NCBI GenBank assembly: GCA_964187785.1
Contig: OZ076409.1
Coordinates: 22,632,001-22,696,000, forward strand
Origin: Amphiscolops sp. MND2022
Lineage: Eukaryota
Direction of reading: 5' to 3'
DNA length: 64,000 nt
The position numbers were made by a program, and so were the translations under genes. The notes beneath the pieces are model-generated. The model saw only the letters and a program-made list of their open reading frames with translations, was not told the DNA's origin and searched no databases. How positions within the stretch are numbered: the first letter of the stretch is position 1; every line of letters begins with the position of its first letter. This document shows positions 48,092-59,919 of this stretch, one piece after another.

Positions 48092-48945
48092 AATCCGGGA
48101 TGCCACTCCCGCTATGTCGGCCAAACGGCCAGACATGTGATCACTACACTGGGAGAACACAGGAGGAAGTCATCGCCACTGGGAAGGCATTTTGGTGAAT
48201 GCGCAGTTAAAACAGGCGAAGTGACGGCGACAGTACTGGACCGATGCACGAACTTCAACAAATTACTGACGATGGAAGCTCTGTACATCGCGAGGACTAG
48301 GCCGATATTGAACCAACGAAAGGAATACCGCTCGAGGGACCTAACGTTAAAATTATAGTTGTTGGAAATTTTATATTTCCCTCTATGATATATTTTCTAT
48401 CTCATTTTTATTGTACTTGATTTACTCCATTGCGTAATGTTTTTAGCTTTATACCTTGGGTATTTTATATTGGGTGGCTGTAAAAAGGTCGAATTTTTCT
48501 GGTCGAAAGGACAGAGGTCGAACCTTTTGATCGAATTGCAGGGATCGAATGGAAAGCGGTCGAATTTTATCGTATTTGTTGTATGGCTCGGTCGCTTCGC
48601 TCCCTTCGCCAAGTAGCAACTTTGAGGCATGGCCATACGGCACGTCGCTCCCCTTCGCTTCGCTCCTGCATTCACAGCTTTTGAGGCGTCTGAACATATC
48701 TGACTACGTTATAAAAATTTCGATCCGAGTTGTTTCGATCCCATTCAAAGATTTGGTATGTCGACCTGAGGACTAACTCTGATTTTTGATTCCGTTCCTT
48801 CGACCTACTTCCGCCCACCCTTTTAAAATGATTGTGTATTTTTAGTTACTGATGATGACTCCTTGGAAATGAAAACGTTTTAACATTGAGAAACCTTTTT
48901 GTATTTAAATAACGTGAAGTTGCGTATTTTGTGGAAAAAACCCGC
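48092..48945 (+). mobile_element. Penelope-like element 3' end (GIY-YIG endonuclease and pLTR remnant)
   Basis: PGCHSRYVGQTARHV..GEH..LGRHF..EALYIARTRPILN, stop at 48358; hammerhead-like core at ~48845-48884. Confidence 0.8.
48472..48820. mobile_element. MITE with GGTCGAA-type arms inserted in the Penelope 3' region
   Basis: GGGTGG..AGGTCGAA / TTCGACCT..CCACCC imperfect TIRs; flanks TTTTATATT / TTTTAAAAT. Confidence 0.65.
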
Positions 48946-49028
48946 ATATTTCTGACAGCCATGACCCCATACCAGCCACTATCCCAGTAGCAAAAAGAAA
49001 CAACCAACAAACTACTCATACCAGCCAC

Positions 49029-49579
49029 GAATTCCGGACGTTTCGGCAAAAGACGTTTCAACAAAAGACGTTTCGGCAAAAACATGGCGGCGGACGTTTC
49101 GGCAAAAAAAAATATGCCGAAACGTCTCAGGCTAAAAACATTTGCCGAAACGTTTCGTATGATATGTGGGGCATATCCGGTGTATGCACCCTCGCCCTCA
49201 CCGTCGCAAAGACCAGCTGCCACTACGATCGCTTCGCGATCTCCGTTCCTGCTAGATCTTTGCTCCTGTTCGACCTCGCTTAGCAAGATGGGAATATAAT
49301 TGGCCCCAAGGGGCCGCGGGGCACCAGAGGAATGGGGACTTATCCGAGGCAGGTTTTATGCTATGCATCATTCCTATATTAATGGTCTTGTCGTTTCCTT
49401 TCAATTTTTTCTTCATTTCCAGAAGTCTACAAACTGGTATTCTACAAACTGGACCTAACCAGTTTGTAGAAAACCAAAAACAAAACCAAGATAATACGAG
49501 ACGTTTCGGCAGGAAAAATTTGCCGAAACGTCTCGAAGTTTTTTTTGCCGAAACGTCTTTGCCCGAACGTCCTGTTCCC
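49029..49579. mobile_element. MITE with GACGTTTCGGCAAA-type arms carrying a structured core
   Basis: Inverted subrepeat arrays; TSD CCAGCCAC at 49021-49028 and 49580-49587. Confidence 0.85.
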
Positions 49580-49654
49580 CCAGCCACTATCGCAGTCGAC
49601 CGGTAATGTTTTTAAAGCTCCAATGATGTAGAGGTTTTAAAAAATTAGCTATAT

Positions 49655-51050
49655 GTAATAAATTTCTTCGAACGCATCACTGTCGCTCACAGTTCCTAGA
49701 ACACAGGCCGCATTGCCGATCTGAAGAGCCATTGAAATCCGTTGCTTCAAAAAGCTGCAAGCTCGTTGATCGTCGTGCGAACGACATAGCATTTACAGAG
49801 ACGCGTGTTGAAAATTTCGCTGTTTTCGTCTAAAGAACCCTGTACTTCCAAGGCCACAGGGTGGAAAATGTATCCGTTGTCTGTTAATTCGCGATACTTC
49901 TCAATTTTTCGCGCTTCAGCCTCGGTGGCGGTTGTTCCCGGGTTGGATAAAGAGCCTTGATTCAGACGGCTGGGTGCAAGAGCCATTTCCCAAGGAATCA
50001 TGGTAACACCGTGTGGGCGTTTGCCATCAGTTCGGTACAGTCCACGCGATTCGGGCACTGAAGGCAAGTCGAGAAATCCCAACGTCTGCTTGAGAGAACT
50101 GAGAGTAGCATGACGTGAGAAGCGACCAGCACTCTTGGTGCAAGAAACACTGTGTAGACCGTTCCGTGCAACTCTTTTACCACAGTGGCACGTATGCGCA
50201 ACACAGATGTTGGCTCCGAGAAGCAAACCAATTGAAATCCGAAGCTGCTAATCATCAAGTTTCAGGTCTATGTTCTTGCAAGGAACGACGTTGAGCCATT
50301 GAGACCCGAACTTGCCTTGATGAGTCTAAAAACTTTCGAACGTTTGTCATCCATTCTAGAAATCGGATCTTGGGCGGTTTTGACGTAGACAGGTTGTGTC
50401 CAATTTTTCTGAGTTCCATCGAGAGGACTTTCCTGTTCATTCGTCAAACTCAACCATTTCTCAATCGCTTTTGTAAACGAAACATCTTCGAATATTTCCG
50501 AGAAACTCGTCGTGGGAAAGTCAATCGCACCAAAAGCTGAGGCCAGAAAGGCGGGAGGTGCTAAAAACTTTTGCAGATGAAACTCCAAGACCAGCCATCT
50601 CAGCGGGCAGAGCCAGGTGAGTCCTCGAAATATCGACGAAGTTCACGTTACCCACTTTGGAAAGCCCGTCGCGTACGGTTTTGTCATATTTTCCCGAAAG
50701 AGCTGGATGATCAAACTTACTGGTTCTCCAGAAGTACAACAACTTTGGCAGACTTAGGCATTTTTTTTAACATAAAAAAACCCTAGCGCGCATCTAGTTT
50801 TTCAACAATTCCATCACTTTTTTCCAGTTCAACTATTATCTTTTCCAATAAGTCTGCTTGTGATTTTGCGCCGAGCGGTGAACCAAGAATGATAAGTTCA
50901 TCTTTCTGTGGTGTTTTGATCCCGGAGCAAAGTTTTTGGAAAGATGCTACAATTGTCAATCGTCGTTTTTCAGTGATGTCACGAAGAACAAAAATGTCGC
51001 ATTTTGTTGGTTTAATTTTGAGTCCCAGTGTTTTTTCGGCTTCAACAATT
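49655..51050 (-). mobile_element. Degraded CRE-clade non-LTR retrotransposon (end of RT, zinc knuckle, restriction-like endonuclease)
   Basis: LGLKIKPTKC, ILGSPLG, ALP..MAGLGV, CHCG..GLH..SC....GRFSRH, RP(H)G.TMIPW, K..KY, F.PVALE..G. Confidence 0.8.
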
Positions 51051-52689
51051 GAAATAAACTGGATGCGCATTGTGCTTTTTTGGTCGACGCTTTTCGAAGA
51101 AAACGCAGAATATAGCAGTGACTTCTTTAAAACCAGCGAACTGACAGATTTCATAAGCTTTCTAAGCTGACTTGAACTAAAACTAAAAGCCACACTACTT
51201 CCACTGGCACTTGATAGAGGTTAATTAGGCTTTTTTGAGGTCCCCTTCTACATTTTTCGGTACTATGCGACTGATCAGAGACCAAAACAATTTTAGAAAA
51301 ATTTCAAAAAATGGAATTTTTTTCAATTTTTTCCGAATGGGGGTGCTGTAGAAGAGAATACTTGACACTGGCTGAGTTTGACGAAAGAACAGGAGGGTCC
51401 CCTCGTTGAGGGAATCATAATACGGTGGAATTCCCATCGTCCAGTTTGAAGCTTCGCCCTAGCGTCGAAGTCCCATTGTCGAAACAATTTTGTTGAAGCA
51501 ATTGCGTCGATGCAAGTCGTAAATCACAAAAAATATATGTTCGTCGCAAATAACAATGTTTTTGCCCCTCGGATATGCGCGGGCATTTCCTCTAGTGCGC
51601 CGCGGCCCCTTGGGGCCGCTTATGTTCCCTTCTTGCTAAGCGAGGTCGAACAGGAGCAAAGACCTAGTGGGAACGGAAATCGTCAAGACTTTTTCACGCA
51701 AAGTTTCGAAAAATCGCCGACTTGGGCCGTTCCCGGCTTGTTTTCTTTTTTTCCAAGACCAACAAAGTGACAGGGGAGGGGGTATGTTGTTGGAGGAACA
51801 AGGGCGGTATCCAGTCACAAGGAACTGTGAACGACAGAGAGATGCGCTCGAAGAACATAATTACATATGGTTGCTAGTGTTGAACCTGTATATCATCGCA
51901 GCATTTCAAGAAGTTTCTACCGGTCAACTGGGAGAGTGGCGGGAATAAGTAGTTTGTTAGTTGTTCTTTTTTGTTGCTACTGGGATAGTGACTAGTATGG
52001 GGTTTCCTACCTTTCCTACCCAACATACATGAAGACACTCATAGCTCTTGATTGGTGACGAAGATCCATAATAATTGATTGGTCCATTTCTCTAATTACT
52101 GGCATTTGGACCCCTGGTAAATTTTGATACACGTAACTAGGCCTGCTTCCAAAAAATGGAGGATGATACAAGACTGTTCTGCAAAGTCAAGCAATAAAAC
52201 AGGTTCCTCCGTGAAGCATATAATACTTCTCGAAATTGGGCCAACTGGTTTCCAAAAATGCATGTAACGAAACTTTTCAGACGAGAGCCAGAACAACTCC
52301 ATGAACATTGAAAAGTCAGTGACCGTTTCATCGGAAGCATCTTTTTCAACCCGGAATGATTTCAAAATTTTGTTGATTGACCAATTTAGTTTTGAAAAAA
52401 ATTAATGCATGTTCCTCAATTCTGAGACGTGTTTACCTTGATATAACTTTTGCAAGACTCCTGGAACGAGTAATGAGCATCAGAAGGCAAAAGAGGCCGC
52501 ATATTCGAGTATCATTTGGAATCAATAACATTCTGTAGTAGCCAAATTTCAACCAACAGCAAACTATCGAAGAACTGTAAAGTTTGATATACACTGTCCA
52601 CAACTAATTTTCACTTACTAGTTTTTCTGCGCAAGTGTTTTTATTGTGAACTTCCACAATAATTCCTAAATGGTTTGAATGAGAGTCAA

Positions 52690-55600
52690 TCTGATTGCTC
52701 AAATAAAATGAAGGCTGAAAAAAGATTGAGATCTCAGAGCTCTAAATCACTAATGGTCCCTATGCTGCTGCTACTCCACTCGCAAGGTGACGACTGCATC
52801 TGGTTTCCGGACATTGCAAACAATCACGTTAGAAACAAATAAGGCATTGCAGAATCGTGTTGTCAAAGATGATCACTTCCTTATATTTTCCATTGATGAG
52901 AAGTTCAGACTCTTGGGGCTACCCCTTTCAAGAAGACGTCCGAGCGAGAGCTCGACAATGCAGACGAAGCTCTAACCTACAAACCAGTCCTTCCTCGGTG
53001 CTGAACCTCAACGCCGTCCAGTGTGCCAGTCTTCTGTGCATCCAATCTACAAGTGCTCTGCTTTTAATGAGATGACATGCGCTCAGAAGTTACATAAAGC
53101 TCGTGACCTGCGTTTGTCCTTCAATTTTTTCTCCTCTGCCCATCGTCCTACGTCCTCGTCAAGCAGCAACAACTGTCGGACAAGCTGGCTTCACAAGAAT
53201 CATAGGCGGGTTGAATGCAGTAGGCATGACAGAAACACTTCAACGGACGTATCGATTCGAGGGGTCCTCAGCACCATTCAATTATTGGACCGCGGCATGT
53301 ACAATCTTTGTGTCAATCCTAGAGCACTTCTTGATTGTGGCTCCACAGTGAACCTCGTTATCACCAAGAGAGCCCATTGTATGACTTTATTTCAAGCGTG
53401 GATAGATGTGAAATAAATTGTGATAGCCCACACGGACATGCCTCGACCCTCTGCGTCTGTAACTCAGGCAACTATGCGACAAACTCGGATCGTCTGTCAC
53501 AGTTGATCAATGAATCAGGAGTTACTCAACTTGAAAACTCCCATCTTGTCGAACCGACATTTCAGACACTTAGTCCTATCGATCTTCTTTTTGGCTGATC
53601 TATTTGACACAACTAATCTTTTTATGAAGTTTTACCTTCCACCAAAGCGTCATGTTAGTGAAACCCTGTACGATTGGGTGCGCAGCGATACACTAAATCA
53701 GATTGTCTAAAAGCTTCTAGTACTTCGTTTCTTTTCTCATTTACTTCAAATTGCTCTCAGCTCATCATTATTGGATGTGTCGTCTGTCGATTGCTTCCTA
53801 CTTGCTTCTGAGAGATCGAGGTGTCGTACTGGCTTTAAGCAGTTCACTCAGCGAGTCTTTTTGGCTCAACGTTTTCGACAGCTGATGGTCGCTTGCTAAA
53901 CTGATCCACCGTTCAACCCAGATGCACTTTCATTTGCTGAAAGCTGAGCGACGTCTTTTGGCACTAGAGAAATTACCATAGCCAAAAAGTCACAAATTCG
54001 CATACACGACTACATCAATGGATAAGAGCATAATGGTCAAACGGAACAAAACCCAACTGATGGCCGGGACAAATCTTTCCAGCAAGTTTTCTACCTTCCA
54101 CATCACAATGTTACGAAGAACATCATCTCTCACAAACTTCTGGTGGACGTCGAAAACTCCGCCAAGTCTTCATCTGGTTTTTTGTCTCAAAACTTCCTTT
54201 CCAACAAGTCCTACTGTTCAAGATAAGGTGACTGATCTTTTGGATTGGGTTTCATTTTCATTCAATTAAGCTTTATGCGGTATAGAGAAGACGAACTGTA
54301 AAACGGGTGTGAAAGGTACCAGCCGGGACAATTATCAATTTTTCTGGAGCTGTCATCCTGTGGTTAACTGATCGACGTCTGGGGCATGAATCGCGTCAAT
54401 GTTGGCATTCAAACTTCTGCTCATCATGCAGCAGGAACGATCATCATAATATGGTAGCAAGCTCAGTGATTCGGCGTGACTTCGTGGTGGTCGCAACGAT
54501 GTATGGGGCTTCATCAGTCGAAGAAATAGCTCAACTTTGGGACGCTTTACAAAAATGTTGGCATCGGTTGGCTTCTGCTTCCGCAAATGATCTTCCAATG
54601 TCCCCACAGCGGTTCAGCATCTACCTCATGGCATTTAGGAAGAACCCAAAGAGTACCACTTTCACTACGACTCCTACCACTTTACGGTTCTAGGTGATCT
54701 TGATGTTTCACCGGCAACGTGCTTCAGCTGGTTAGCGAGTGATGACGAAGACTTGGGTTCATTTAAAACCAAATGTCCGAAACTGAGATACATTACTAGG
54801 TTCCATGATCCTCTGTGATAGCTTTAACCTCGTGTTTCAGGTTTTAGGAACCCAGTAAAATTGACCTGGATGGCTGGTTTTGAAAAGAATTACAAGTTTC
54901 CCAGGAAAATCTTCTCGTCATCTCCAGAGCACCAACACCCAAATCTGTGCTCTCTTTTTCTTAACGCACAATGATGGAGCTATTGTGCAGTGATCTACTC
55001 CCGTGTCCCATCTTCTAATGACTCTTACTTTGTTACTTCACTGACGGCCAAGTCACGACAAGCTCTTGGCAAGCTTTTCTCATATTCAGCTCAAATGTGC
55101 AGTTCTAGCTGCAAAGTTGTCACCGTCTGCAAACTTAGCCCTATCGAAGCTCAAAGTTAACATTTCTCCCCTGATGGCTTGGGCGGACTCTGGAACTGCG
55201 TGTCTTGGTTAGCAAGTTATCCAGGAACTTGCAGTTGTTTTGCAAGAAATCGCGTGTTGCTCAGTTGATTGTGCTTCTAGAGGTGAGTCAAATCGTGTTT
55301 CTGGATTTAAACTTGTTGTGAACGGGACAATCTGCCTGCCCTGAAGTAGGTGATAATGACCAAACCAACCTGTAGTTCCAGCTGCGACACCTCGCTGCGT
55401 GCAACGAATGGTCCGTTAATGCACTACCAGTCGACGATTTCATGGTTAACGCCGAGATGTCTCGCTGACCTGCACAGAGTTAACCAACCACAAGAGCAGG
55501 TCTAGGTTTTGCTGGTCCTCTAACTCTCAAAAATACAATGTCTAACGCGACTGAAAAGGCATGTATTATACTTTTAAATTCTTTTCAACCGAAGCTATGC

Positions 55601-56177
55601 ATATTGAGCTAGCTTCAGCACTCACTTCTCGCGCATGACTAGATTGTCTCAAGCGGTTTGAGTCTTGACGAGCTCTTCTTATTACTATTTAGTCTGATAA
55701 TGGTAAAAAACTTCGTTGATTCACGCAACGAACTTACAAAACTGCAGGGTCTTTTCGGCACAAGCGGTGAATCCTATGTAATATACTGTACTGCAAGCCG
55801 TGGTGTCGAGTCCTCTCACAATTCCTCCGAGGGCACTCCTTTTTGCGTCTATGAAAAGCTGCTGTCAAAATTTTCAAAACATCACTCCGACGTGCAATAT
55901 TGCAACAGGTTCCCGCAATCGAGGAGCTCTACACTCTGCTCGTCATTGTGAAACCAGTCACAATTGTCGTCCATGGCATCCCATGTCTTCTGATGTCGAT
56001 TATTTAAATTTTTCAACAGCTTGTCGTTTCTTAATCAGTTCAGCTCTTTAATCGCTTTTTCGTCTCCAGAGAAGAGAGTTATCAGAAGCGTGCAGCGGAA
56101 CCTATCCTTCAAAGCCGCCGGAAGCGTGTCGTTTAGTCACTGAATCGCAGGTTTTGTGAACGTTTGCCCAAGGAGAC
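52690..56177 (+). mobile_element. Degraded BEL/Pao LTR retrotransposon
   Basis: Gag CxxC..H.IYKC..F, protease RALLDCGS, integrase GFAGPL..KAC..EAMHIEL..CLKRF..SDNGKNFV; many frameshifts. Confidence 0.8.
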
Positions 56178-56374
56178 TGTAGTAGAGTCTAGAATACTGA
56201 ACTTAATTGCTGAGAAAACAGAAGTGTGAAAATAATTAAAATACGTAATAATAACAACCTGCCAAATTTAGCCAAAGTGGCAAATTAACATCAATTGCCA
56301 TAACATCAGATTCCGTACTAATTCACAGTTGTTAACGAATTCTGTTCTTTCACTAAAGTTCGTTATCGTCAACA
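56178..56374 (+). repeat. Gypsy 5' LTR, copy 1 (197 bp)
   Basis: TGT...ACA ends followed directly by the PBS TGGCGCTGCGAGC. Confidence 0.85.
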
Positions 56375-57419
56375 TGGCGCTGCGAGCTACTGATGACGAA
56401 TCTTCTAATTCACCTGTACCAGGCCTGAAATACTTCTAGCAAGAGGCCGAGAAAGAACCCTCTTACGACTGGGAGCAGTGGCAGCAATTATTGGAAGTTG
56501 CAGTACTAGCTCGACACTCAATTTCTGTAACCGAAATCACCAGGACTGCGGATGAACAAACCCTCGTGTTCCAGCACTGATGGGAAACCTGGAAGAAAAT
56601 GCGGCTGCAAGAAAGATAGTAAGCTTACTTTTCATTTCTCTTGGCAAAAATGGCAGAAAAATGATCATGGACAAATTCCCTCAAATTAACATCCTGCTTA
56701 TTCAGTTACCCCAATTCTTGCAACATTGAAATGAGTGCTTCCAAACGCGAAGAAATAAAACTATGGATAGACATAACTTTTTGTCAAGAAAGCAAAAGCC
56801 GAACGAATCCCTTCGCCAGTTTCGGAATGCTTTAAATGGATTGGCGGCTAGATGTAATTTTGGCAATCAGACAGAAGGTCTAGTCTATGACATTTCCGTT
56901 CTCAACATGTCAACTAAATTGGTTCAAGAAAAGCCCTGCACAGAGCCAAAAGCTACTCCAGCAGAGGCTCTCCAATTCGCAATTGCTTTTGAAGATGGGC
57001 TAAAGAGACAGAAGACATCTGCATACATCGGACAAGAGCCCAAAATAAAAGAAGAACCAGTCTGTGCAGTCAGCTTCAATACAAGAGAGTGTTGGAGATT
57101 TGGCGCCAGAAATTTTACAATGGAACATCTAAAGTTCTGCAAAGGGCCAAATGCGATGTGTAATTACTGCGGCAGAAAAGGACATTTAGAGAAAGTCTGT
57201 AATCAGAAGAAGAAAGACAAACTTCAACAAAATGGCAAATTCAAAGCAAATGGCAGCAGTGAGCAAACAAACCGCCGTGTACAATTAGTCGATCAGGAGG
57301 ATGAAGACGATGAAAACATAATGGCTCTAAATGTAAAAGGAGACGAAAACACGAAACCATTTTACATGGAAGGACTCATCAATGGAAACAAATTCAAAAC
57401 AATGATCGATTCAAGATCA
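56178..57419 (+). mobile_element. Mag-type Ty3/Gypsy fragment, copy 1 (LTR, gag, protease truncated)
   Basis: RKQKPNESL, double zinc knuckle ending CNYCGRKGHLEKVC, TMIDS. Confidence 0.88.
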
Positions 57420-59919
57420 AAAATACAATGTCTAACGCGACTGAAAAGGCATGTATTATACTTTTAAATTCTTTTCAACCGAAGCTATGCATATTGAGCT
57501 AGCTTCAGCACTCACTTCTCGCGCATGACTAGCTTGTCTCAAGCGGTTTGAGTCTTGACGAGCTCTTCTTATTACTATTTAGTCTGATAATGGTAAAAAA
57601 CTTCGTTGATTCACGCAACGAACTTACAAAACTGCAGGGTCTTTTCGGCACAAGCGGTGAATCCTATGTAATATACTGTACTGCAAGCCATGTACAATCT
57701 TTGTGTCAATCCTAGAGCACTTCTTGATTGTGGCTCCACAGTGAACCTCGTTATCACCAAGAGAGCCCATTGTATGACTTTATTTCAAGCGTGGATAGAT
57801 GTGAAATAAATTGTGATAGCCCACACGGACATGCCTCGACCCTCTGCGTCTGTAACTCAGGCAACTATGCGACAAACTCGGATCGTCTGTCACAGTTGAT
57901 CAATGAATCAGGAGTTACTCAACTTGAAAACTCCCATCTTGTCGAACCGACATTTCAGACACTTAGTCCTATCGATCTTCTTTTTGGCTGATCTATTTGA
58001 CACAACTAATCTTTTTATGAAGTTTTACCTTCCACCAAAGCGTCATGTTAGTGAAACCCTGTACGATTGGGTGCGCAGCGATACACTAAATCAGATTGTC
58101 TAAAAGCTTCTAGTACTTCGTTTCTTTTCTCATTTACTTCAAATTGCTCTCAGCTCATCATTATTGGATGTGTCGTCTGTCGATTGCTTCCTACTTGCTT
58201 CTGAGAGATCGAGGTGTCGTACTGGCTTTAAGCAGTTCACTCAGCGAGTCTTTTTGGCTCAACGTTTTCGACAGCTGATGGTCGCTTGCTAAACTGATCC
58301 ACCGTTCAACCCAGATGCACTTTCATTTGCTGAAAGCTGAGCGACGTCTTTTGGCACTAGAGAAATTACCATAGCCAAAAAGTCACAAATTCGCATACAC
58401 GACTACATCAATGGATAAGAGCATAATGGTCAAACGGAACAAAACCCAACTGATGGCCGGGACAAATCTTTCCAGCAAGTTTTCTACCTTCCACATCACA
58501 ATGTTACGAAGAACATCATCTCTCACAAACTTCTGGTGGACGTCGAAAACTCCGCCAAGTCTTCATCTGGTTTTTTGTCTCAAAACTTCCTTTCCAACAA
58601 GTCCTACTGTTCAAGATAAGGTGACTGATCTTTTGGATTGGGTTTCATTTTCATTCAATTAAGCTTTATGCGGTATAGAGAAGACGAACTGTAAAACGGG
58701 TGTGAAAGGTACCAGCCGGGACAATTATCAATTTTTCTGGAGCTGTCATCCTGTGGTTAACTGATCGACGTCTGGGGCATGAATCGCGTCAATGTTGGCA
58801 TTCAAACTTCTGCTCATCATGCAGCAGGAACGATCATCATAATATGGTAGCAAGCTCAGTGATTCGGCGTGACTTCGTGGTGGTCGCAACGATGTATGGG
58901 GCTTCATCAGTCGAAGAAATAGCTCAACTTTGGGACGCTTTACAAAAATGTTGGCATCGGTTGGCTTCTGCTTCCGCAAATGATCTTCCAATGTCCCCAC
59001 AGCGGTTCAGCATCTACCTCATGGCATTTAGGAAGAACCCAAAGAGTACCACTTTCACTACGACTCCTACCACTTTACGGTTCTAGGTGATCTTGATGTT
59101 TCACCGGCAACGTGCTTCAGCTGGTTAGCGAGTGATGACGAAGACTTGGGTTCATTTAAAACCAAATGTCCGAAACTGAGATACATTACTAGGTTCCATG
59201 ATCCTCTGTGATAGCTTTAACCTCGTGTTTCAGGTTTTAGGAACCCAGTAAAATTGACCTGGATGGCTGGTTTTGAAAAGAATTACAAGTTTCCCAGGAA
59301 AATCTTCTCGTCATCTCCAGAGCACCAACACCCAAATCTGTGCTCTCTTTTTCTTAACGCACAATGATGGAGCTATTGTGCAGTGATCTACTCCCGTGTC
59401 CCATCTTCTAATGACTCTTACTTTGTTACTTCACTGACGGCCAAGTCACGACAAGCTCTTGGCAAGCTTTTCTCATATTCAGCTCAAATGTGCAGTTCTA
59501 GCTGCAAAGTTGTCACCGTCTGCAAACTTAGCCCTATCGAAGCTCAAAGTTAACATTTCTCCCCTGATGGCTTGGGCGGGTTCTGGAACTGCGTGTCTTG
59601 GTTAGCAAGTTATCCAGGAACTTGCAGTTGTTTTGCAAGAAATCGCGTGTTGCTCAGTTGATTGTGCTTCTAGAGGTGAGTCAAATCGTGTTTCTGGATT
59701 TAAACTTGTTGTGAACGGGACAATCTGCCTGCCCTGAAGTAGGTGATAATGACCAAACCAACCTGTAGTTCCAGCTGCGACACCTCGCTGCGTGCAACGA
59801 ATGGTCCGTTAATGCACTACCAGTCGACGATTTCATGGTTAACGCCGAGATGTCTCGCTGACCTGCACAGAGTTAACCAACCACAAGAGCAGGTCTAGGT
59901 TTTGCTGGTCCTCTAACTC

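Noticed and set aside
48846..49606. Several 70-146 aa ORFs
   Set aside because: By-products of GC-rich MITE arms and core.
52011..52535. Exon-like minus-strand segments (a signal-peptide-like stretch at ~52437-52531 and the ORF 52096-52365)
   Set aside because: No recognisable family and no consistent exon chain could be built.
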